64,000 nt of DNA from contig JAWQFM010000004.1 of assembly GCA_033442325.1 (NCBI GenBank), positions 330,279 to 394,278 on the forward strand, in the 5' to 3' direction. Positions within the stretch are counted from its first letter, which is position 1. The number at the start of each line of letters is the position of its first letter. The position numbers and the translations under genes were made by a program. Positions 24,001 through 35,550 of this stretch are shown here, piece by piece. This DNA comes from Salpingoeca rosetta (Eukaryota; Protista; Choanoflagellata). The notes beneath the pieces are model-generated. The model had not been told where the DNA came from and made no database searches. It was given only the letters and a program-made list of their open reading frames with translations.

Positions 24001-26067
24001 ACGTACACGCTTGGGCGCACGAAGCCGCTGGTGGCTGAACTTGCGGCTTTGGTGGCAGCAACAGATGAGATCAAAGACAGAGAGGCCCTCCACGCAATGC
24101 TCGACGACGTCAGGCGCATGTACGGCACACATTGGGCGTCGGAGGAAGACATTCGCACAGGAATTGCCCAATCATGTGCGAACCTGCCGCTGAGGAGCAG
24201 CTTGGCTGCTTCGCCTGCAATAGCCTTGCTGTGGACGGTTTCGTCACAACCACAACCACTGATGACCATCCCGCCGATACTGACGCAAGACCCGTGCCTG
24301 ATGCAACTAAAGGGGCACACAGGCTATGTCACATCTGTTTCGTTCAGCGCTGATGGCAAGCGCCTCGTGTCTGGCAGCTGGGACAAGACGGTGCGCGTTT
24401 GGGATGCCTCCACGGGCCAGGAGCTTGCTCGGTGCATCGGGCACACAGATTGGGTCACCTCAGTGGTGTTTACACCTGATAACAAACACATCATGTCTGT
24501 CAGCGATGACAAGACAGTGCGCACTTGGGACAGTGATACAACCGATGAGTTGATATTGCGTCGCATGCAAACAGAAGAGTTGGGCCAAAGAGCAGCGGTG
24601 AGCGCTAATGGCAAGTATGTGAGAACCGGAATTTGGGCGGAGCGATTTCGGGCTGGCAACCACAATACACCAAACTCCAGTGCCACCTCAGCTTCAGTCA
24701 GCCCGGACGGTCAACGAATCGTGTCTGGGTGCGCTGACAACACGGTGCGTGTCTGGGATGCTCACACAGGACACAAGCTCGCTCAGTGGAACGGCCACAC
24801 GGCTAGCATTAGCTCAGTAGCATTCAGTGATGATGGGAAACTCATCGCGTCTGGGAGCCAGGACATGACGGTTCGGATCTGGGACGCTGGCACGGGTAAC
24901 TTGTTAGCTCAATGCGATGGTCACTTGGGTGATGTCAACTCCGTGACCTTCAGTGCGGATGGGACGCGGATCGCGTCTGGGAGTGACGACAAGACAGTGC
25001 GCATTTGGAACGCTAAAACTGGACAGGAGATGGCAACGTACATTGGGCACGCAGACAACGTCACCTCAGTGACGTTCAGCCCCGATGGCAAGCGTATCGT
25101 GTCTGGGAGCATCGACAGCACCGTGCGCATCTGGGACGCTGGGGTGCGCCAGACACTGGCACAGTGTCACGGGCACACGAATGATGTCTACTCCGTGGCG
25201 TTTAGCCCCGATGACAAGCGCATCGTGTCTGGGAGCCATGACAAGACCGTGCGTGTCTGGGATGCTGAAACAGGTCAGGAACTAGCACAGTGCAATGGAC
25301 ACACTAACAGCGTCACCTCAGTTTCGTTCAGCCCCACTGGCACGCGTATCGTGTCTGGGAGCAAGGACAAGACAGTACGCATCTGGAACACGGACACGGG
25401 CGAGGAGCTGGCTCGGTACAGCGGGCACACAGGGAAAGTCAGGTCGGTGGCGTTAAGTCGTGATGGCAAGCTGATCGTGTCTGGGAGCGGCACCCCTTCG
25501 GCGCTCTTTACGAGGGGTGAAGACTATTCTGTGCGCATCTGGGACGTGACTACGGGGCAGCAGCTCACCAAGTGCGACGGCCACACGGATGTTGTCACCT
25601 CGGTTGCTTTCGGTCCAGATGGACAACACATTGTGTCCGGTAGTCGCGACAACACTGTGTGCATCTGGGACGTGACTACGGGGCAGCAGCTCACCAAGTG
25701 CGACGGCCACACGGATGTTGTCACCTCGGTTGCTTTCGGTCCTGATGGACGACGCATTGTGTCCGGTAGTCGCGACAACACTGTGTGCATCTGGGACGTG
25801 ACTACGGGGCAGCAGCTCACCAAGTGCGACGGCCACACGGATGTTGTCACCTCGGTTGCTTTCGGTCCTGATGGACGACGCATTGTGTCTGGTAGCCACG
25901 ACAAGACTGTGCGAGTCTGGGACTCAAGTACCGGGGAAGATCTGTGTGTGTACAGAGGTCATACAAGCACGGTCAGGTCAGCAGTGTTCTCCACTCTTGG
26001 TACTTTCATCGTGTCCGGAGGTTATGACAACACCGTGCGCATCTGGAACACTGAGAGAATGCCGTGA
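21082..26067 (+). CDS. Intronless NLR-like NACHT-WD40 protein (HET-E/NWD type), 1661 aa, with a putative SAM-like + MLKL/Cbl-like helical N-terminal region
   Basis: Continuous ORF. FVEGTRQWVF pre-NACHT motif, Walker A GTGGLGKS (about 22495), AAHYFCKH, Walker B VFILIDALDE (about 22852), IVVTSRPE, ADGVFL and LHKTVNDFL, then about 13-14 GH...WD repeats. Confidence 0.93.
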   Translation: MSTPHTIGRMSAPQLQSWLEDHALNTAEAGKLTDVSGEQLVSVARRGETALQSSFQVSAVYAQSLLEALHLGDSIHGEDATRHAYSEGDCQDTREFQLKQEVLQQFDIVDVQLPARWRRWLFSTSTRHKPVTLRTSLKDTVKKNIVHIVKATTTPNPYVFALTALGLCKGGYDRVQIMKKNKAAAEGLAKRIKQVVKFGGPILVYFEKIEDGERLIDDEAEELLEASFCAFRLIGDYNKDSKAKAILHFLGCHQFKKAIHEAKQRLLEAVSFTAMGAISTMVKEQRTPGWLSTLSSVEAEDAVQFWIKHNFQESVSVRKLVDAIVLWVHDADMGDSHGNDDGWPNSAKAVRDEQAVFSFFSRQDTIETTTIQRFALFVKDSPSIAHAATAVVERMEDAKLRKALRNVLAPVDFGRDLIKHQRAFVEGTRQWVFDAFEEWAMCEDDRVAKKAKQTRPHSDKDKGQRRVFWVKGTGGLGKSVIAAQLIKRYGQASTSKQPLIAAHYFCKHDATNRNDPRKAINTLAFRLATQLPELREEYKAILQGENEERRNNFTTHADGSEGTVEDAFNVVLAEPLKAALGEDSGGKGSDVFILIDALDELRAGNSRAQFLRLVGKLLPSLPPCVRIVVTSRPEEDILALLKNLNPFTIDKQDERQREDLQLCVRNIIIKQSSLGKLNQDEQEEVVQMVVDRADGVFLAVRLIACEVDKAEGNTRHPLTVADIRRLVGKGGSFIDGTYTETLDRIQARIKEAAGDDDGVLAALQGTLHDMLAVIVASLQPLRVDDLHELCGGGRVQSKALTKRLLSALSLLFSSSSKHDVVEPLHKTVNDFLTDKQRAGPHFVDEREGHAILARACLRVLEDRGLLSHGDKAASSAELVEEKGAEESVVVYAIAFGHQHLTTCAEAMQAQATFEIEGLQRACEAALCSWQGAWLQPRGKAELTKQELALVKDGALQQSQHEATKAFAQWLLLQTYTLGRTKPLVAELAALVAATDEIKDREALHAMLDDVRRMYGTHWASEEDIRTGIAQSCANLPLRSSLAASPAIALLWTVSSQPQPLMTIPPILTQDPCLMQLKGHTGYVTSVSFSADGKRLVSGSWDKTVRVWDASTGQELARCIGHTDWVTSVVFTPDNKHIMSVSDDKTVRTWDSDTTDELILRRMQTEELGQRAAVSANGKYVRTGIWAERFRAGNHNTPNSSATSASVSPDGQRIVSGCADNTVRVWDAHTGHKLAQWNGHTASISSVAFSDDGKLIASGSQDMTVRIWDAGTGNLLAQCDGHLGDVNSVTFSADGTRIASGSDDKTVRIWNAKTGQEMATYIGHADNVTSVTFSPDGKRIVSGSIDSTVRIWDAGVRQTLAQCHGHTNDVYSVAFSPDDKRIVSGSHDKTVRVWDAETGQELAQCNGHTNSVTSVSFSPTGTRIVSGSKDKTVRIWNTDTGEELARYSGHTGKVRSVALSRDGKLIVSGSGTPSALFTRGEDYSVRIWDVTTGQQLTKCDGHTDVVTSVAFGPDGQHIVSGSRDNTVCIWDVTTGQQLTKCDGHTDVVTSVAFGPDGRRIVSGSRDNTVCIWDVTTGQQLTKCDGHTDVVTSVAFGPDGRRIVSGSHDKTVRVWDSSTGEDLCVYRGHTSTVRSAVFSTLGTFIVSGGYDNTVRIWNTERMP
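25531..25908 (+). repeat. Three near-identical 126-bp WD40 coding repeats
   Basis: Units at 25531, 25657 and 25783 share catctgggacgtgactacggggcagcagctcaccaagtgcgacggccacacggatgttgtcacctcggttgctttcggtcc. Confidence 0.95.
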
Positions 26068-28038
26068 AGTGATGTTGTGTCATTTCTGCAAAATGCATGT
26101 GCTGGACGTTCTCTGTGCTCCTTGTGAAGCTGAGTGAACTTCCGTCGCGTTTGTGTTTTCATTGTCACAGATTGTTGACTTTGCATGCGTGAAGAGGAAG
26201 CGGGGTTCAGGTTACAATGTGACCATCCACGATGCTGTGTGTGACACCCTCCTCCCTCGTTACAAGCTTCTGTCTCATTGTGCCAACTTCAGTATGAAAG
26301 TTCAATCAGACTGCAGCGCAGGTGGTTGTTGTGTGTCTTGTTTCGATGTGATGTGATGTGACAATCGCCTAACAAAGTTCTTCAAGTGACTGCCTTTCCT
26401 GCTGTCCAGCTTGGTCATGAACACTGGCGGCATGATGGTGCGGAATGTTCGATCAGGCGAACAAGGAAGCGAGGACCTTGGGTGCAAGCGATTGGTCGCA
26501 TGAAGTGAAACCTCCCTGTCTCACTCCCAAGATGACACGAGTGTGAGCTTTCACGAGGGCGCAATGTTTGATCATCACATGCAGTATCCAGGCAAGCACG
26601 CTGCACTTGCAGATACCACGCAACAAGAACAGCGAGGTTGCATTGCACTCAGTCGAAGAGTACAATTTGAAGACTTTCGCGTGCTTCATTGTAAGATTGT
26701 AAAGTCGCGGCAGTTGGAGATCATGCGGCAAAGAATACGTGGCCATCCGTCCCCCGCGCACAAACAGGTGCATGTCCTCGTGGAGCAGCTGCAACGTATG
26801 CGGGGATGCCGGCAATGCAACGTCCGCAAACGCCCGCATCGCCTCTGCGCGGTGAAGAGGGGGGGGGGAAGCGATAGTGCACTGTGCTGCCGTCTGTCGC
26901 CGCCACCAACGCAGGCTCCTCTTGCCTGGCAACAGACAGCGCGTCAATCGTTCAGTTTCAGCTTCGGATGGCCACGTTGCAGTTGCTGCTCTCCTCCCGC
27001 AGCGTCAGCACCAAGGTGCGTGTTGGCGAACAGACACCACATGCTGCTCTGTTCCAGCGTTTGCGTGCAGCATAGATCGTCACGCATGCACGCATGCACG
27101 CATCGAACACGATGTGTATGAGCGCGAGAGAGCTGCTGAGTTGAGTTGGCTGTGGATGGTGGTGTCATTACAAAAGCACTCGCGCTGCAAGAGAGTACTG
27201 AGAGTAATGGTCGCAGGAAGGTGCACGCACAGTGAACGTGAGATGGCTGCACTGCACAGTACAGTTGCGTGCACACATGTCTGAAAGAAAGCATGGCGAC
27301 AAGAGAAAGGGTAACCAAACATGCTGCATGTCGATCTCACAAGACATGGTGGTTGCATCCACTGCCAAGCCAGTGCAGCGCGAAGAAAGGTTGCCATCCA
27401 TGATGATGACGATGAAGGAAAGGGAAGTGAGCTGTGGCCATGTGCACGGAGTGCAGAAAAGAGGTGTCGTGACACTGCGCAAGTTGCCTTCACGGTTGTT
27501 GCTGCTATTCTGCTGTCAGCATGCGTCCTTGTTTGTACCACTGCCAGTGGTTATCGTCGTTCGGAAGGAAACGATGAGGTGGAAGAAGGTAGCAGCTGCA
27601 GCACACATTCGGAAGCACGCCGTCGTTGGCTGTCTGTGCGGGTGATGGCGGCCATGATGATGGGAGTAGCAGGAACTGACGCGGTGTGCAGTGTGGAAGC
27701 GACAGTGCTGTCTGTCCAAACCAAGCCAACGTGCGCGACAGCACAAAGCACACCAAACAAACCCCACTTCATGTTTTCTATTCTGCAGTCTGGCCAACTT
27801 GCGTGTGTTGCCAAAAGTGCCAGGGGTTTCCTTCTCTTGCAAAGCAAATCATCGCAGGGCAATTAAATTATTGCAAGTGAGGAAGGAGAGTGTTTGCGCA
27901 GAAGGAAACACAGCCAGCTCAAACTGGGAATCCTTTCCTTCCCTGGTGTATTGTTTTGTTTTTCTCTTGTGTGTTGTTGTGCTTTTTCTTTCTTCCACCT
28001 TCCTTGCTTCCATTCCCTGTCCTTCCTTTGGTGTCAAC

Positions 28039-28210
28039 ATGCGACCTCCTCCTTCTCCTCTCCCAGCTGCTGCTGCTGCTGCTGCTGTTGCTGTTCGCCC
28101 TCATCATCGCTGGGCGCTGTGCTTGCAGTTGCCACTGTTGTTCTTGTTGTTCTTGGCAGGCTTGTCGGTGGCTCGTGTCCACGGCAGCGGCTGCTTGAAG
28201 GATGCTGTGA

Positions 28211-28277
<67 letters not shown>

Positions 28278-28767
28278 TGTGTGTGGGTGTGTGGGTGTGT
28301 GTGTGCTTTTTATGTTCTCGATTGGGTCCGGTTGTGGTGTTCTTGTTGTCCTTGTGTTTTGCTTCTTTGCCACAACGTGCCTTCTGCTCTGTTCATGGTT
28401 GCACTTGCAGCTGCCACTGACCCACACCTCCACACCACCACATCTCCACACCTCTCCACGTCCGTTTCACAACACCAAGGACCGCACGCTGTCCCCCTCC
28501 GTGGACACAACATTGAAGCAACTGGACACCACGCTCAAAGAGCATCGCGTGCCGTTTACCACTGGACAGTTGCGTCCACGGAAGCACTCCTTTCATCATG
28601 ATTGATCTGCCATCGATCCNNNNNNNNNNNNNNNNNNNNNNNNNNNNNNNNNNNNNNNNNNNNNNNNNNNNNNNNNNNNNNNNNNNNNNNNNNNNNNNNN
28701 NNNNNNNNNNNNNNNNNNNCAGACTCGAACAGATGCATACGTGTGTGTGTGTGTGTGTGTGTGAGTG

Positions 28768-28807
<40 letters not shown>

Positions 28808-29586
28808 GGCACGTGTTTGTTGCTAGGTTGCTCACCCCTTCATCTCCACCCACCCATCCACCATCCACTTTACAGGGGCTGCAAGAGCGGCAACGTGCTG
28901 GTGTCATCATCGCTTCGCGCCAAGATTACGGATTTCGGGTCCATCCGCCAGTGCTTCACACGTGACAGAAACCAGCACCAGCAGCGCACAAGTCTCTCCC
29001 CCACCTCAAGCCATGATCCCCAGTACAGCCAGCAGGCTGGATTGCAGACGATGACGAGCATGACGCTGACGGCTGGCGTGGGGACGCCACTGTACATGGC
29101 ACCAGAGGCACTGACGGGCGACAAGTACAGCTTTGAGGCAGACGTGTTTAGCTTTGGCGTGCTGATGTGGGAGGTGGCGACGCAGCGACCACCTGATCTG
29201 ATTGAGCAGGAGAAGGGGAGCGGGTATCGGGGACCAATCCTCGCCACCATCAGCAACCTGATGAAGGATGGGAAGCGGCTGCGATTTGATGATGGTGAAG
29301 AAGATGGTGAGTTTTGTGTGTGTGTGTGTGTGTCTGTGTGTGTGTGTGCATGTGTGTGTGTATGTGCATGTGTGTGTATGTGTGTGTGTGTGCAGGTGTG
29401 TGTGTGTGTGTTTGCGTGTTTGGATTGCTTGCTTGCACGTCACTCACGCTCACGCACACATGTACACACATACCCCTCCGCACAGCCATCCCCGAGTGGT
29501 TCCAGTCGCTGACGTACAAGTGCATGACGCAGAACCCGCGTGAGCGCCCGTCGTTTGGAGAACTCAAGGACCACCACTTTGCTTGA
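28039..29586 (+). CDS. Receptor TKL-type kinase, paralog of 43072-47595; middle part lost in a gap (exons 28039-28206, ~28480-, gap, 28876-29306, 29486-29586)
   Basis: Signal-peptide exon (ALCLQLPLLFLLFLAGLSVARVHG). The second segment LKQLDTTLKEHRVPF parallels the paralog's LESMVRVLRTHGVAF. The kinase C-lobe KSGNVLV..KITDFG..GVGTPLYMAPE..DVFSFG..RERPSF has the same intron positions as the paralog. Confidence 0.75.
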
Positions 29587-32107
29587 TTGTGTGTGTGCAC
29601 TTACTTGCTCTTCTTACGTACGAAGTTGTGAACGTGTCTTCAGCATGCATGTATTGTGGGGTTTGGAACGACGCAAAGTGCAAGCAATAAACCAACACCA
29701 ACGCAAAGACAAACCAACACAACACCATCAACTGCACGGCATGTCACATTTCATTCTATGATGGTCGGCAACGTCGTTCTGCACGTGCTGTGCTGCACCT
29801 CCTTCTTCAGCGCATGCAGCACACCCTGCCACTGCGCGCTGCAGCCACCACTTTGAAAAAGCGTCGCACATCCATACATCGATTCCTCCTTCTCCGCATG
29901 CGTCAGCCACGTAGCAGCTGGAACTCAACATCTGCGCAGTCCGACGCGAGCGCAATCAGCAGGTTCAGCAGCACCATGGAGATGACATGCAGGACGCACA
30001 GCAGCCAGCACCGCCACTGTAGTCGCCGTCAAAGGTGTCCAGGTCAAAGTCCACCACCAGCAGCAGCATGTTGTTGAACACGAGCAGCAAGGCCGTTGCC
30101 CGACAACGTGTTGTCGTTGAGCAGCAGCAACAACCGGAACGACGTCCACCCAGAGGGCGAGCAGAGCAAGAAGTGGCGCATGTCGAAGCAGATGGGCCAG
30201 GATCATGCGCTGGATGGAATGCTTGCAGGCAGCACCGCAGTGAAAGGAACGTGTGTGCGTGCTGGGAAGTGTGCGTGCTGGGAAGGAGTACGCACCACAA
30301 ACACAAACACAAACACTACATTCGTCACTTCCAACCAGCCTTGACTGCCGCACCTCCTGCACCATGTCCACAACCAGCCAGCACACCCAGCACCAGCATG
30401 ATCACCACCGACTTGTTTTCACTAACTCCCAGCAGCAGCTGGGCCACGTCCTTGCCACTGATGAGGGCGACGGTGAGCATGCACCACGCTGCCTCCCACA
30501 GCAACTGGCGCTGACGCGAACAATGAAGCTGCCAAACAGCTCCGCATCGTCCGTAGACTGAAACCATCATTCACAAAACCAGCTGCACGCGACAAGTGGC
30601 ACCACGCGCGCCCCAGGGTCCTCAAGCTTGGCCAGCTCACCAGACAACTTTAGCAGGTTGTGCCAAAACGTACTGCTGCTCATCTCGCTGATGAATGTCC
30701 TGTCTGCCCTGGTGAGACAATCATGCCCGCTGCTGGTGGTTGTACTGCTTGTCGGCGGTGGAGGTCGCAAGCTCAAGCTCGCTTGTAAACGTGCACACAA
30801 GCAGGATGACGTCTGCCACGAGTGTGTGCGTCAGGGGCGACGCGCAGTGACCAGGGCTTCCCTGCCAGGGCTTGTCATCGCTAGGGTTGAAGAAGGCTCT
30901 GGCGAACTCACACACCTTGTCCACGATGAACTGCTCTGTGCTGCAGTCGAGCCAGGACACGCTGGTGGAGGTGCTGAAGAAATGGCACAGGGTGCGGGCG
31001 CGTGGCTGGTTTTGTTGGCCGCAATCGACAACAGAGACGGCGGCGTGTCTGCCTCGGCATCCTCCACGGCAGTGCTCACGGTGGCAGGGAACATGCACAG
31101 GGCTCGCTGCAGCTCAGCAACGCTGCCACAGTCAATTGAACGGGAGGTGATTGGGAGCTCGAGCGACGCCTCGACGTGGTGGGTAACAAGGGCAACGGCG
31201 CCAAGCATCGTGCCTTGCGGTCAAACTAGATGGCCAACAGGGTGGATTGCGACGGCCGTGGTGTTGCCCATGTTGAAGCTGAGCACACAATACGCAGCCG
31301 GCACCGCGAAGCTCGGCCATACAGGAGCACGTGCTTGGCGTCGCGTGTCCAAGTGGCTGACTCGAAGCTTGCACTGGCCGGCGTGGTGCTGCGTGATGGG
31401 CTGCCAGCCTCGCATGCTCCACAGCACAATGGCAACACTTGTCATGTTCCACTGCTCCAGGGTATGCGCGGTCAGGACGCGCTCGCCATCCAGGTGCTGG
31501 TGCACACCCCCGCTGTTGCCTCTGATCGATTGTGCTGGCCACCACACGGGGACTTCAAGGCCACACGGCAGGGGTCGTCCAGGTCCCAAACACTTTGCGC
31601 CATCGTACCCGGCAGCGAGCACGAGCGCCCTGCTGCAAGGGGGCTGTGTGGATCAGGGACACGCACAGTGACGAGGAGGAGGTCAGGCTGTACGCCGCCA
31701 AAACTGCCGGCTTTCTGACAAAAGCAGGTGCTGATCTCTGCTCGCAGACACGCTGATGGTGCCGATGAAGCCATGGCCCTCGCCAAAATGATGCCAAAGG
31801 CGCACAGGAGAAGGTGACGAAGTGGTGGCTGTTGCAATGGATTGGATCGCCGAGACGTGGACGCTGGTGATGTGGCGAATCGTGTGCACTCATCGTTGGC
31901 GTCGCTGGTTATGTGGCCACTGGCCACGACCAGTGGATGGCTGCAGCCGCAAAGCCGCGTAACGTCAGCGGAGTTGCTCCAGGATGCAACAGCAGCGCAC
32001 GCGTCGCCGTGTCCACCACCTGCACACACCGGTGGCGTTGTAGACCACGCGGCCCAGATGAACGTTGTAGTGGATGCGGAGCACGGTCGCATGCAACAGG
32101 TGTATGA

Positions 32108-34024
32108 CTAGAAAACACCTCCAGCAAGCAGGTCGTCCTTGATCATCAGAACGACGTGCGCTGACTCAATGTTGATGTTGTCGCCAACTATTGCCACCAC
32201 GTCGTCCTTTCGCCTCCATCTCCTGCACGCTCCTGCGAGCACGGTGTCGACGCCAACATCTGCCCCCGATGGACCGCGCAGTGCCCTCGTTGTCGCCCGT
32301 GTGAGCATGACCAGGCGCAAGCCGTGCTGGCACAGAAGGCGCACCGCCTCTTCACCTTTAGGGCTTGTACGTGTCAGCGAGACCTCACATAGCCCAGGCA
32401 GGAGGTTGCCGTCTGCCGAGCACACAACAACCGTGCAGCCACGCGTCTCCTCATCTTCGTGCATCGTCTGCCGCGATTTGCCGCTGATGGCGTTGGATTG
32501 CCAATACCACGATGTGCATGCCCATAGCACAATGGGCATGCCAATGACAATATGCTTGCTGTCCACGGTTGCTGAGATGCCCCGACCAGAGACCGTCTTG
32601 AAGTCCGTTGCAAGAGACAGCGCCGACGTGTGCCACAATCGCCTGGCCCAGGGGCATGCTCGCTGTTTGCCTCTGCAGCCGCCACCAGCTTCAACAGGGC
32701 GTCCTCCTCCGTCCACGTGTCATCATCGCCGAGCACGCGCACACATGACTTGTGGAGATCCAACCGTCAGCGTGCCCGTCTTGGCAGAATTGTGAGTGTG
32801 TGAGAGAGCGTGTGTGTATGTGCGTGTGAGTGCGTGAAGGTGAGTGTGGGCATGGAGGTGTGAGTGAGTGAGTGTGTGAGTGTTCTCTAACCACGACTCG
32901 CGAGCACCAGTACGAAGCACACACACACACACACACACACACAAGACACACACACACACACACACACACACACCGAACGTGAGCTCCAATTTGTCAGCGG
33001 CACCCGAGGTCAGCAGCGCAACCCACACACCAACAGCAACACGACGCCTGACACAAAGCGCCCCGCCAGCTTGTCTGGGAAAGAACAAGGAGGGAAAGGA
33101 AAGGGAGAGGGTGTGTGAGTATGTGTGAGAGTGGGAATGTCTGCAGAAACATTGACAGGCACGTGTGAAACGGTGGTGTAGCATATTGCATCCATCACAC
33201 ACACCTGCTGGATGGGCGCCTTTGACAGTTGAGCATCCTCGTTGTCAACATGCGTGGCCTCAAAGACCATGCACCATGGTGCCGCCCATACGACAATAAC
33301 GCCTTTGGAGACGAGACGGGCTTTGATTCGCCCGTGACCATGGCCTCGTCCATTTCACCCGCACCCTCCAGCACGCGGGCGTCCAATCAATTCACAGGCA
33401 CTTTGTCACCGGCCACCACCTACAACCAAGAACGTGAGGGAAGGTGAGCGAGATGCAACGACAGTGCATTTTCTGGCGGCTGCCATAACCGCAGCTGAGG
33501 GCTGCAAACAACTACCACAATGCTGCTGCTGCAGCAGGTATAACCAACCACCCGCCCATCACCGACCACCACATGTAAGCACCACCACTGACTCCAACAC
33601 CCAACCCCTCATCACGCACCTTCAGTTTGTCACCGCGCTGCACGAGCTCGGTGTCAATTCGCTCCTCCACGCGGTTGCCTTTGACTATATCTTCCTTCAT
33701 CAGGCTGGAGGTGTTGCCTTTGGCGAGGTATTCGATGTACCGCCCAGGCGACACAAAGGTGAAGAGGAGAATGCCGGTCTCAAAGAAGAGGTCGCAACCA
33801 TCACAAGTCAAAGTAATCGTGGGCGGCGGGTGCAACAATGCGCACCACCAGAGAGTACAGGTACGCAACCCTGAGGTGGATTTACGACGACGCAAGAGCA
33901 AGTGCGTGTGGATCAGCAACACGTGTGCACGCATGCAAACGTGAGCAAAGAAGGCAAGTACAGCGCTCTCTCGTTCACTGCGGTGGTGGGCTTGAAGAGA
34001 AAACGCGGAAGTGGTCGCAACACA

Positions 34025-34073
<49 letters not shown>

Positions 34074-35176
34074 CGCACACACACACACGCACACACACAC
34101 GCACACATACCACATTCATGTTGGCAGCGCCGTGCATGGTGGACCGCACCGCGGAGACGAAACGGCCGACCGGGAAAATGAAGGAGATCAGACCCAGCAG
34201 CGTGAGAATGAGGTTGTGTTGCGATATGTCATCGACGACGCACGCATCCCAGGAGTCCGGCCACACACGGCCACGATGATGGACGTGACGAAGAAACACG
34301 GTGGTGCACACGATGAAGGTGATGGGGCAGAAGCGGATCTCGCTCCTGTGGGTGGGTGGTGGTGCTTCGTGGTCCAGCTCCGACGCGTGCCCCAGCATCC
34401 TTCAGCGCGCTGCAGGAACAAATGGGCATCGTGTGAAGTGCATGACACAAGGCATTCTTTAGTAAGTGGTGATGGGTAGCAAGAAGGTGTTGCAGCAAGG
34501 ACAGACACAGAGTCAGTTGGAGGGATTCGGTTGGAGGGGGAAGCAGAGAAGAAGCAAGACGAAGCGACACGTACAAGTGCAAACACGCACACACATACAC
34601 ACACACCCATACACATGCGCACGTGATCATGTCGCGTGGTCCCGTTGCATAGGTCTCGTGTTTGACTTGCATACGGCCCAACGCATCATCAACCTGCACC
34701 GTTGAACATCGGGCAGGGCCCTTAGCGTCGCCTGTCATGCATGTCCAGCAACAGCAGCAGCAGCAGCAGCAGCATGATGAGAGGTTGAAGTGGAAAGTGG
34801 GCATGCGTGCATACAAGCAACCGCGCGTGCATGCAAGCAAAAGAGAACAAGCAGAGATGCAGTGCCGCGCACATCGCATACCACATGCTGAGGTACGTCA
34901 TGCCTTGTGCGGGTGTATGCATTTCCTCGCGGGCCTTTGTATCCGCCGACTTTGCTGATGCTGGCGATGATGGGTGCAGGGCTTCACCGTCGCGGTGCCA
35001 GTGAGCAGGCCCACACGACACATTGCTGTGCACGCCCAGGCATGCGCCCTCAATGTTGGGCACGCATGAGGTGCACGGCATGCCTGTAGTGCAGCGCGAC
35101 CGCATCAGCGAAAGTGGAAAGTGGAAGTGAGAAAGTGCCGAGGGTGAGAGTATGCCGAAGCGAGGGAGCACTGAAC

Positions 35177-35227
<51 letters not shown>

Positions 35228-35550
35228 GTGCATGCACGCACCCCAGAGGCGTGGGGAGCTGCTGTTGTGCTGGGGTGGGGTGATGGCTTTCCGAAGAGTG
35301 TCGGCAACAGCGTCTTGGCGCTTGTTGGAAGGCGCCACTGTTTTCCTGTCGGGTGTGCTCAAAGCTGAAGTGGAGGACGTGGACACCCCATCAACAGCCT
35401 GCTGCTCTTCACGCTGCTGTGGCGGTGAGACGATTTCAACGGAGTACCCGCCCGTCGCGTACAATGTCTGCCAGCTGGCCTGATGACACCTCTGCAAGTT
35501 GTTCGACAGCAACCGTCTTGTCTTCGATCATGAGTGTGGTCTTGATCACC
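32108..35550 (-). pseudogene. Copper-transporting P1B-type ATPase (ATP7/CopA-like) pseudogene
   Basis: Scattered motifs in correct order across frames: GMPCTSCV (HMA), HGAANMNV, FFETGILLFTF..GRYIEYLAKG, IDTELVQRGDKLKV, DEAMVTGESKPV, AKTGTLT (normally DKTGTLT), FKTVSGRGI, VAIVGDNIN and ESAHVVL. Many frameshifts, stops and deletions. Confidence 0.85.

Noticed and set aside
26380-27120. ORFs 26453-26947 (-) and 26543-27121 (+)
   Set aside because: No domain signature or splice structure that I can support.
29900-32100. Coding-like GC-rich stretch with several medium ORFs on both strands
   Set aside because: No recognisable motif or consistent frame. It may be a decayed gene, but I cannot assign a product.
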